Assembly: GCF_009914755.1 (NCBI RefSeq)
Contig: NC_060930.1
From: the human T2T-CHM13v2.0 reference genome, Homo sapiens
DNA: 64,000 nucleotides
Reading direction: 5' to 3' (one strand)
The translations under genes and the position numbers were made by a program. Below the pieces are notes generated by a model that saw only the letters and a list, made by a program, of their open reading frames with translations, ran no database searches and had not been told where the DNA came from. Within the stretch, counting starts at the first letter, position 1; each line of letters begins with the position of its first letter. This document shows, one piece after another, positions 1 to 10,413 of this stretch.

Positions 1-658
1 AAGAGATTCTCCAATTCCATCACTAGAAAAGAATGTGATTTCAGCATCACAAGAGTAAATAAAATAGTAATCCTAGTGCCATAAATTATGCATCTTTCAT
101 CTCAAAGGACAATAAATAAAGCATCTTTCATCCCTATGAATCCTGAAGCAGTTAACAATTTATACACTAGCATGGGGGAATCAATTGATTCATCACTGAA
201 AGGCATCCTGCTCTGGGATGCTGTAGTATTTTGTTAATAGCACACACAAGCCTTACTGAAAGATGAGAAGCAAGGAAATGTTACTCCAATGGTTTACGTT
301 TGAGAGATTTAAGTAGAGGTGATAGGACTCTAATTGCAATTCACTCACAGTAAGAGTTCTCTCTCATTTGAGCTCAAGACTTCCCAGATACAAAGGTATA
401 ATTCTTCAAAGGTCATTGCTAGTGTTCCCATTTCTTCTCACATGGTTTTTTACAATACACTTTTTTGAAGCAAATATTTACTCACATCATTCACCTGTTG
501 AAATACCTTGTCACTCTTCTTTGCCTAGCATGAAACTTCTTAGTATGGCATGAAGGGTTCTCGACCTCCTAGCTGCTGATTTTGGAAGATCCTCCACCAT
601 TCAACAACCCTGGATGAGTTATTCTCAACTGTTGGGAGAGAAGGATCCAGGGTAAAGA

Positions 659-790
659 TAAGGCGACCATATACCTTGCCATTCAAACTGAGCCACATGT
701 GAGAGTGCAAGGAACATACAACAGTAATATTTACATCAGAACAAGAGTAAACTGGGAATGTCCATGGCACACAGGACTATGACTCCCCCC
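659..790. mobile_element. MER94-like hAT-Blackjack MITE, diverged
   Basis: Starts taaggcgaccatata, contains gagagtgcaagg and aaactgggaatgtcc, ends ggactatgactcccc. Matches the recalled TAGGGTGACCATA...TATGGTCACCCTA architecture. Confidence 0.6.
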
Positions 791-1419
791 AGTGAAGGGA
801 AACATCTCATAAGAGTTTCTGAAAGGTTTGTGTAGGGGGTCATAAGCAGTTTGATAAAACATATTTAATATTCCTGGTGCCTTTGTAACAGCATCCACAG
901 CTGAACAACACATTTCTGGCTGGCTTGGCTTCTCTAGAAGACAGAATGAGAAAGCATTATAGGAGTTTTGAGTTTTGAAAGGTTGGATAACACTGTTCTA
1001 GAATCAGCATGGCAAAATTCTGTCTGAAAACCCACCAAGCTCTCTGAGCTGCACTTGAAGACATGTGGTACCACTTCAGTGCTCCTGAAGAGAGCTGGCA
1101 TGATCAGAAAGAGGAGCTCTGTTCCCAAGCCCTTGTCTCTGGCACTGAATGAACCTCTGGATGGGTGCCAAAGGCTTTACAAAGGTTGTATTTTCCTCAT
1201 TCACACGTTAGAGATATAACATCAGTGGTGATGACTAGTACCGAGAGCCATATTTTCTCATTCCATGCCAAATATGGCATTTCATTAATGAACTAGGCAT
1301 CTCTCTCTATATTATAGACCCTGGAGTTAGTTATGATCAAATAGGAAAAATTTCATCTACTGAACCATTAACTTCACTCTACAAGTATTTACATTTTTCT
1401 TTAAAAAAACTTATTTTCA

Positions 1420-1691
<272 letters not shown>

Positions 1692-1748
1692 TTCAAATAC
1701 ATATTCAACACTGAGACTCTATAGTACCACAATGCAGCAGCACATTGA

Positions 1749-1835
1749 CTTGGCTTCTGAAAAGTACCTTAAAGCATCCTTTCCCCAGTCTTGGCTTCTG
1801 AAAAATACCTTAAAGCATCCTTTCCCCAGTCTTGG
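1749..1835. repeat. 41-bp direct tandem duplication (2 copies plus CTTGG)
   Basis: cttggcttctgaaaa(g/a)taccttaaagcatcctttccccagt at 1749-1789 and 1790-1830, one mismatch. Confidence 0.95.
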
Positions 1836-1899
1836 GCTCAGTCTGTGTGAGAGTTAGGTTTTCTGCTTGTTTGGTTTTAACTTTAAAAAAAAAAATTGT

Positions 1900-2308
<409 letters not shown>

Positions 2309-2439
2309 TCAGCCTGTAAGAGCCTTTACACATGTACGCATTCAATCAATACATGGATTGATACTTAGATCTAGAGGCAGTTAAAAAGAGCAGTGTTCAA
2401 GGATAGTAAGGAAGAACGACTTGTTTGCAGCCCTGGTTG

Positions 2440-2505
2440 CTGAACACACTGCAGAGCTCAGAAAAGAGTAGGTGTTCAATAAATATTTGTTGAATAAGTG
2501 TTGAA
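2440..2505 (+). mobile_element. L2 3' end fragment
   Basis: gagtaggtgttcaataaatatttgttgaat is the typical L2 terminus. Confidence 0.6.
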
Positions 2506-3693
2506 AGAACACCTATAAATCTTTCTCTTCTCACAATGACTCAAACATATAAAGCAGAATGATAGCCCTTGGGCTAGGAAGGTTGGCCTGCGTGATTTCC
2601 CCGTTAGCCTGCCTGATTCCAGGTGGGAAGAAAACAGCTTGGCTGCCTCTGCTTAACCTCAAGCTCTTAGCTTTCCCATAACTTTATTAGATAACTCATC
2701 TTTTCCTCACCCAAGACAGATTGAGGAACCTATGCATATCCTAGGGTGAAAAAGTAGTACTCTGCACAGGAATGACTCAGCTGTAATGACAGGCCATGGA
2801 TCGGAGAGGGCAGCTGGTTTCCAATATTCACCCTTCTGTGGACCTAACGAACCTACTGAGGCCAGCTCTAAAAACACTGACTCTTACACATTGAGCCTAT
2901 CTTTGCAAATTAATTGCAGTCCAGGACCACCACAATGTATGACCTATTCTGCTCTACACAGTGACACTGTGCCTATCCACTCACATAAAGCTTTCTTGAT
3001 CAAGTAGAATGAAAGAAAGATCCAAAAGAGTACAAAACTTGACCAGGAACAACAACTACCACCAAAAGAGAAACCAGCATTAGCTTAAGGGAGGAGTTCT
3101 TATACATCTGGCATTATTTGGGAACAAGGTGTTCCAGATTTATGAATTTGCCAGAGTTTAGGAAAAGGCAGACTCTGTGTAAAGAACATATGCAATGGAC
3201 ATGCAATAACTAAGGATGGAAATTAATTACATCTGTGCAAGAAGGAAGTGGGGGCCAGAGAGAGGGCAAGGGAATCAAGCCCTCAAGAGCTCATAAAGAG
3301 ACTGAGGGGAATTCTGGGTTTTTCAGGACACATAGGGATTTGGGCTGATTTCATGTGAATCTAAAATGATGGAGTGACTCCCCAGTAACACTGGAGAATC
3401 AAGAAACTTGCAAATTTAGGGCTAGAACCCAGGTGTTTTCAACCAGTCAGCCGCTCTTCCCAAACATCATTTTGCCCTTCACATATGTGATAACATGCTC
3501 TATAAAGTTGCCCAAGTTTGAGAGGAATTTTTAGAATATAACTTTACAAAGGACAGATGTGTGTTTTATATTTATATTTATGTAAAACACACGTATATGT
3601 GTGTGTGAGGGAGAGAGAGAGGGGGGCTTTATATAACGCACAGCAAGGGTTTTATTTTCTCCCTTCTGCATCTGTAAGCTCATTTCTAATCAG

Positions 3694-3774
3694 AGAGCCG
3701 TTTCACAACACAGGCAGCTGAGGAAGAAGATTGGCCCTTCAGGGCGAGCCGGCTTGTTTCCACTTGCTACAGAG
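3694..3774 (+). other. Candidate 81-nt exon in a GC/CpG-richer unique segment
   Basis: Pyrimidine tract and ctaatcag acceptor ending 3693; AGAG|GTGAGG donor at 3774/3775; frame RAVSQHRQLRKKIGPSGRAGLFPLATE is open. No transcript evidence. Confidence 0.3.
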
Positions 3775-4380
3775 GTGAGGAGTAGTGGTGCTGCCAGCTG
3801 CCCTGATAGTGACTCCATCTGCCCTGCCCCCACCATCGCCCCAGGCCGTGCCACACCTCCCCAAGCCAACTGCTGGGCTTCTGAAGGCACCCTGAGATAC
3901 CAAGCGTTACCTGGCAACCGCGCACCTGTGAGCCAGGTCAGCCAGGCAGGTGGTGCTAACCTGTGTGTTCAGGTCTGAGGGCGCCCAATGCGTTCCTGTG
4001 CTCCCTCATTACAACTCACTCCCTCGGCCCAGAGAGAACAGAGCTGATTGTTTTCCTTCTCGGTTTCCTAGAGACAACAGATCCACTGATTAGCTTTCTC
4101 CATCAAGCATTCAAAAAGGCCAAGCTACACACCGTAACATTAACCTTGAACTTGGAACTCTTAAGAAAGTGCCCAGTTTTATTTGGGGAAAAGATCTCTG
4201 CCAGCAAAGCCGATCCTTAATTTGGGAAATGTAAGGAAAGAACTCAGAGTAGTTAATAATAAATTATAATGCATGTGTGTAAAAAGAGAAAAAAAATATG
4301 TAACAATTATGCTTTCATTTTGTTTGGTTTTGCTTTGATCTCTGTTCTTCCCCACCCCGTCGCCACCAGAAGAGGTTCAC

Positions 4381-4583
4381 CTGTCTGAGGAGAGATGATG
4401 AGATGGCTCTGGGATGGGCCTCTCTGGCCATTTCAAGGAGCAAGCGGTTCAGGGTTTGACCAGCTGTGACTCTCCACTGTATCCAGAGTTCCCGCTGCTG
4501 GCATGGAAACCTGACATTGACCTCACTTCTTGTCTGCTGACCTTGCTCATCTCAGGCACCATTTTCTGGAAGCAGATGAACAA
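4381..4583 (-). other. Candidate 203-nt non-coding exon
   Basis: Minus-strand acceptor ttctctgtccttacag| (CAG = 4586-4584) and donor CAG|GTGAAC at 4381/4380. No transcript evidence. Confidence 0.35.
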
Positions 4584-4993
4584 CTGTAAGGACAGAGAAC
4601 TAGGCTGCTGCAGTGCCTCCTCCTTCCATCGCCCCAAGGGGAGTAGGTCTGGGCAGGGAAGGACCCAGCCAAAAGTGGTTGTCTGTACGCTGCTGGGGCA
4701 ACCCCAATAAATATTTTGTAAATGTTTCTTTAGTCCCCCTTAGTGCATTAAGAAAAAAAATTCTGTGCTCATTTTTGCATGTACCATATCCCTAGCTTTG
4801 TAGTTGTAGCCATAGATTAAGTTGTATTAGAAATCCGACTTCCTTTATTACATTACTCTAGTTATCCCTTCTTTTCTCTGCCTTTATTTGTTCCCTAGTC
4901 GTTTCTGTCCTCTCTCATTCTCCCCGCATGTGACTTTTTGTCTTAACCCATTACTTTTTGCTGTACTGTCTCTTCCATGCCATCCAACTTTAT

Positions 4994-5050
4994 CCCATTG
5001 GCTGTGTGTCCTGAAAATGTCCAAATTAGGTGTTTATGCCTCTATAAAAA
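4994..5050 (+). promoter_or_regulatory. Candidate host core promoter: inverted CCAAT box plus TATA box in front of the HERV-H leader
   Basis: ATTGG at 4997-5001 (reverse strand AGCCAATGGG); TATAAAAA at 5043-5050, about 28 nt before the HERV-H sequence starts. Confidence 0.35.
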
Positions 5051-5178
5051 GCATTTTCTGAATCACCCTTAGGAGATCAATCCCCTGTCCTCCTGCTCTT
5101 TGCTCCGTAAGAAAGATCCACCTACGACCTCAGGTCCTCAGACCGACCAGCCCAAGAAACATCTCACCAATTTCAAAT

Positions 5179-5187
5179 CCGGTAAGC
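5179..5187 (+). promoter_or_regulatory. HERV-H major splice donor
   Basis: CCG|GTAAGC at 5181/5182 at the known position in the HERV-H leader. Confidence 0.8.
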
Positions 5188-5525
5188 GGCCTCTTTTTAC
5201 TCTCTTCTCCAACCTCCCTCACTATCCCTCAACCTCTTTCTCCTTTCAATCTTGGCGCCACACTTCAATCTCTCCCTTCTCTTAATTTCAATTACTTTCA
5301 TTTTCTGGTAGAGACAAAGGAGACACGTTTTATCCATGGACCCAAAACTCCGGCACCAGTCACGGACTAAGGAAGGCAGCCTTCCCTTGGTGTTTAATCA
5401 TTGCAGGGACGCCTCTCTGATTATTCACCCAGGTTTCAGAGGTGTCAGACCACGCAGGGATGCCTGCCTTGGTCCTTTACCCTTAGCGGCAAGTCCCGCT
5501 TTTCTGGGGGAAGGGCAGGAACCCC

Positions 5526-5651
5526 GACCTCTTATCTCTGTGCCCCGATCCCAAATTTCCGCACCCTGACCTCTTATCTCTGCACCCCGATCCCTTATTT
5601 CCATGCCCCAACCTCTTATCTCTGCACCCCAACCCCTTATTTCTGCACCCT
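5526..5651 (+). repeat. 21-bp minisatellite (6 units) in the HERV-H leader
   Basis: Units such as gacctcttatctctgtgcccc, gatcccaaatttccgcaccct, gacctcttatctctgcacccc; two unit types alternate. Confidence 0.9.
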
Positions 5652-6648
5652 GACCCCTTCTCTGCTTTTCTGGAAGGCAAGAACCCCCCACCCCTTCTCC
5701 GTGTCTTTACTCTCTTTTCTCTGGGCTTGCCTCCTTCACTATGGGCAAGCTTCCACCTTCCATTCCTCCTTCTTATCCCTTAGCCTGTGTTCTTAAGAAC
5801 TTAAAACCTCTTCAACTCTCACCTGACCTAAAATCTAAGCATCTTATTTTCTTCTGCAATGCCACCTGACCTCAATACAAACTCGACAGTAGTTCCAAAT
5901 AGCCGGAAAACAGCACTTTCAATTTTTCCATCCTACAAGATCTAAATAATTCTTGTTGTAAAATAAGCGAACGGTCTAAGGTGCCTGACGTCCAGGCATT
6001 CTTTTACACAACGGTCCCTCCCTAGTCTCTGTTCCCAATGCAACTCGTCCCAAATCTTCCTTCTTTCCCTCCCACCTGTCCCCCCAGTCCCAACCCCAAG
6101 CGTCGCTGAGTCTTTCTAATCTTCCTTTTCTACAGACCCATCTGACCTCTCTCCTCCTCACCAGGCCTAGCTAGGTCCCAATTCTTCCTCAGCCACCGCT
6201 CCTCCACCCTATAATCCTTTTATCACCTCCCTTCCTCACATCCGGTCCAGCTTACAGTTTCATTCTGTGACTAGCCCTCCCCCACCTGCCCAGCAATTTA
6301 CTCTTAAAAAGGTAGCTGGAGCTAAAGGCTTAATCAAGGTTAATGCTCCTTTTTCTTTATCCCAAAGCAGATAGTGTTTAGGCTCTTTTTCATCAAATAT
6401 AAAAACCCAGCCCAGTTCATGACTCGTTTGGCAGCAACCCTGAGACACTTTACAGCCCTAGACCCTAAAAGGTCAAAAGGCCGTCTTATTCTCAAAATAC
6501 ATTTTATTACCCAATCTGCTCCCGACATTAAATAAAACTCCAAAAATTAAATTCCGGCCCTCAAACCCCACAACAGGACCTAATTAACCTTGCCTTCAAG
6601 GTGTACAATAATAGAGTAGAGGCAGCCAAGTAGCAACATATTTCTGAG

Positions 6649-6978
6649 TTGCAATTCCTTGCCTCCACTGTGAGACAAACCCCAGCCACATGTCCAGCAC
6701 ACAAGAACTTCCAAACGCCTAAACCACAGTGGCCAGGTGTTCCTCCAGAACATCCTCCCCCAGGAGCTTGCTACAAGTGCCAGAAATCTGGCCACCACCC
6801 CAAGGAATGCCCGCAGCCCAGGATTCCTCCTAAGCCGTGTCCCATCTGTGCAGGACCCCACTGGAAATCAGACTGTTCAACTCACCTGGCAGCCACTCCC
6901 AGAGCCCCTGGAACTCTGGCCCAAGGCTCTCTGACTGACTCCTTCCCAGATCTTCTCGGCTTAGTGGCTGAAGACTGA
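6649..6978 (+). pseudogene. HERV-H gag C-terminal (nucleocapsid) remnant
   Basis: CYKCQKSGHHPKEC (CX2CX4HX4C) and a second knuckle-like CPICAGPHWKSDC; upstream gag is disrupted. Confidence 0.9.
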
Positions 6979-6999
6979 TGCTACCTGATTGCCTCGGAA

Positions 7000-7330
7000 G
7001 CCCCATAGACCATCACAGACGCCGAGCTTTAAGTAACTCTCACAGTGGAAGGTAAGGCCGTCCCCTTCTTAATCAATACGGAGGCTACCCACTCCACATT
7101 ACCTTCTTTTCAAGGGCCGGTTTCCCTTGCCTCCATAACTGTTGTGGGTATTGACGGCCAGGCTTCTAAACCTCTTAAAACTCCCCAACTCTGGTGCCAA
7201 CTTAGATAATACCTTTTAAGCACTAGTTTTAGTTATCCCCACCTGCCCAGTTCCCTTATTAGGCTGAGACACTTTAACTAAACTATCTGCTTCCCTGACT
7301 ATTCCTGGACTACAGCTACATCTCATTGCC
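7000..7330 (+). pseudogene. HERV-H protease remnant, inactive
   Basis: Active-site region reads FLINTEATHS from 7066 instead of L-x-D-T-G-A; stops follow. Confidence 0.8.
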
Positions 7331-7399
7331 GCCCTTCTTCCCAATCCAAAGCCTCCTTTGCGTCCTCCTCTTGTATTCCCCTACCTTAACCCACAAGTA

Positions 7400-9400
7400 T
7401 AAGATACCTCTACTCCCTCCTTGGTGACCGATCATGCACCCCTTACCATCTCATTAAAACCTAATCACCCTTACCCCACTCAGTACCAATATCCATCCCA
7501 CAGCATGCTTTGAAAGGATTAAAGCCTGTTATCACTCGCCTGCTACAGCATGGCCTTTTAAAGCCTATAAACTCTCCTTATCATTCCCCCATTTTACCTG
7601 TCCTAAAACCAGACAAGCCTTACAAGTTAGTTCAGGATCTATGCCTTATCAACCAAATTGTTTTGCCTATCCACTCCATGGTGCCAAAGCCATATACTCT
7701 CCTATCCTCAATACCTCCCTCCACAATCCATTATTCTGTTCTGGATCTCAAACATGCTTTCTTTACTATTCCTTTGCACCCTTCATCCCAGCCTCTCTTC
7801 GCTTTCACTTGGACTGACCCTGACACCCATCAGGCTCAGCAAATTACCTGGGCTGTACTGCCGCAAAGCTTCACAGACAGCCCCCATTACTTCAGTCAAG
7901 ACCAAATTTCTTCCTCATCTGTTACCTATCTCGGCATAATTCTCATAAAAACACACGTGCTCTCCCTGCCGATCATGTCCGACTAATCTCTCAAACCCCA
8001 ACCCCTTCTACAAAACAACAAGTCCTTTTCTTCCTGGGCATAGTTGGATACTTTCACCTTTAGATACCTGGTTTTGCCATCCTAACAAAACCATTATATA
8101 AACTCACAAAAGGAAACCTAGCTGACCCCATAAATCCTAAATCCTTTCCCCACTCCTCTTTCTGTTCCTTGAAGACAGCTTTAGAGACTGCCCCCATCCT
8201 AGCTCTCCCTGACTCATCCCAACCCTTTTCATTACACACAGCTGAAGTGCAGGGCTGTGCAGTCGGAATTCTTACACAAGGACCGAGATCGCGTCCTGTA
8301 GCCTTTTTGTCCAAACAACTTGACCTTACTGTTTTAGGCTGGCCATCATGTCTCCGTGCAGCAGCTGCTGCCGCCCTAATAGTTTTAGAGGCCCTTAAAA
8401 TCACAAACTATGCTCAACTCACTCTCTACAGCTCTCATAATTTCCAAAATCTATTTTCTTCCTCCCACCTGACGCATATACTTTCTGCTCCCCGGCTCCT
8501 TCAGCTGTACTCACTCTTTGTTGAGTCTCCCACAATTACCAATGTTCCTGGCCCAGACTTCAATCCGGCCTCCCACATTATTCCTGATACCACACCTGAC
8601 CCTCATGACTGCATCTCTCTGATCCACCTGACGTTCACCCCATTTCCCCACATTTCCTTCTTCCCTGTTTCTCACCCTGATCACACTTGGTTTATTGATG
8701 GCAGTTCCACCAGGCCTAATCGCCACACACCAGCAAAGGCAGGCTATGCTATAGTACAAGCCAATAGCCCGCCTCTTAGAACCTCTCATATCCTTTCCAT
8801 CGTGGAAATGTATCCTCAAGGAAATAACTTCTCAGTGTTCCATCTGCTATTCTACTACTCCTCAGGGATTATTCAGGCCCCCTCCCTTCCCTACACATCA
8901 AGCTCAGGGATTTGCCACCGCCTAGGACTGGCAAATCAGCGTTACTCAACATGCCCCGAGTCAGGAAACTAAAATACCTCTTGGTCTAGGTAGACACTTT
9001 CACTGGATAGGTAGAGGTCTTTCCCACAGGGTCTGAGAAGGCCACCACGGTCATTTCTTCCCTTCTGTCAGACATAATTCCTCAGTTTGTCCTTCCCACC
9101 TCTATACAGTCTGATAGCAGACTGGCCTTTATTAGTCAAATCAGCCAAGCATTTTTTCGGGCTTAGTATTCAGGTGAAACCTTTATATCCTTTACAGTCC
9201 TCAGTCTTCAGGAAAGGTAGAACAGACTAATGGCCTTTTAAAAACACACCTCACCTAGCTCAGCCACCAACTTAAAAAGGACTGGACAATACTTTTACCA
9301 CTTTCCCTTCTCAGAATTCAGGCCTGTCCTTGGAATGCTACAAGGTACAGCCCATTTGAGCTCCTGTATAGATGCTCCTTTTTATTAGGCCCCAGTCTCA
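7400..9400 (+). pseudogene. HERV-H pol remnant (RT, RNase H, partial integrase)
   Basis: RT motifs SPILPVLKPD, VLDLKHAFF, LPQSFTDSP (ORF 7510-7986) with the YxDD segment deleted near 7900; ORF 8169-8972 with PVAFLSKQLD and WFIDGSS; frameshifted integrase pieces downstream. Confidence 0.92.
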
Positions 9401-10009
9401 TTCCAGACACCAGACCAACTTAGACTGTGCCCCAAAAATTTGTCATCCCTACTATCTTCTGTCTAGTCATACTCCTATTCACCATTCTCAACTACTCATA
9501 CATGCTCTGCTCTTGTTTACACTGCCGGTTTATACTGTTTCTCCAAGCCATCACAGCTGATATCTCCTGGTGCTATCCCCAAACCGCCACTCTTAACTCT
9601 TGAAGTAAATAAATAATCTTTGCTGGCAAGGCTATGTTGAACCTCCTTAGGCACTCTCTAATTAGATGTCCTAGGTCCTCCCAATTCTTAGCCCTTTAAT
9701 ACCTGTTTTTCTCCTTCTCTTATTCCGTTTAGTTTTTCAATTCATACAAAACCATATCCAGGCCATCACCAATAATTCTAAATGACAAATATTTCTTCTA
9801 ACAACCCCACAATATCACCCCTTACCACAAAATCTTCCTTCAGCTTAATCTCTCCCACTCTAGGTTCCCACGCTGCCCCTAATCCTGCTCGAAGCAGCCC
9901 TGAGAAACATCGCCCATTATCTCCCCATACCATCCCCAAAAATTTTCACTGTCCCAACACTTTACCACTATTTCATTTTGTTTTTCTTATTACTACAAGA
10001 AGACAGGAA

Positions 10010-10413
10010 TGTCAGGACTCTGAGCCCAAGCTAAGCCATCATACCCCCTGTGACCTGCACGTACACATCCAGATGGCCAGTTCCTGCCTTAACTGATGAC
10101 ATTCCACCACAAAATAAGTGAAAATGGCCTGTTCCTGCCTTAAAGGATGGCATTATCTTGTGAAATTCCTTCTCCTGGCTCATCCTGGCTCAAAAGCTCC
10201 CCGACTGAGCACCTTGTGACCACCACTCCTGCCCGCCAGAGAACAACACCCCTTTTTCCTTTACCTACCCAAATCCTATAAAACGGCCCCACCCCTATCT
10301 CCCTTCGCTGACTCCCTTTTCGGACTCAGCCCACCTGCACCCAGGCAAAATAAACATCTTTATTGCTCACACAAAGCCTGTTTGGTGGTCTCTTCACACG
10401 GACACGAGTGAAA
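10010..10413 (+). mobile_element. LTR7 (HERV-H 3' LTR), 404 bp
   Basis: Starts tgtcaggactctgagcccaagctaagcc after the PPT; TATAAAA 10277-10283; AATAAA 10349-10354; ends cacacggacacgagtgaaa. Confidence 0.96.

Larger units (their letters stand above)
5070..10413 (+). mobile_element. HERV-H provirus (internally deleted type) lacking 5' LTR and PBS, with 3' LTR7
   Basis: Leader ggagatcaatcccctgtcctcctgctc...aaatccg|gtaagc; gag, pro and pol remnants; polypurine tract at 9997-10009; LTR 10010-10413; ACCCT at 5065-5069 and 10414-10418. Confidence 0.97.

Noticed and set aside
5526-5651. Regular short repeats as a CRISPR-like array
   Set aside because: Head-to-tail minisatellite with no unique spacers, in a eukaryotic retroviral context.
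5100-5796. ORFs in the HERV-H leader (e.g. KKDPPTTSGPQTDQPKKHLTNFKS; repetitive 131-aa ORF)
   Set aside because: Standard translations of HERV-H leader and minisatellite sequence; mostly non-ATG starts; not host genes.
9430-9996. Possible HERV-H env gene
   Set aside because: Only about 0.55 kb between pol and the PPT; no surface or transmembrane ORF; env is deleted as in the common form.
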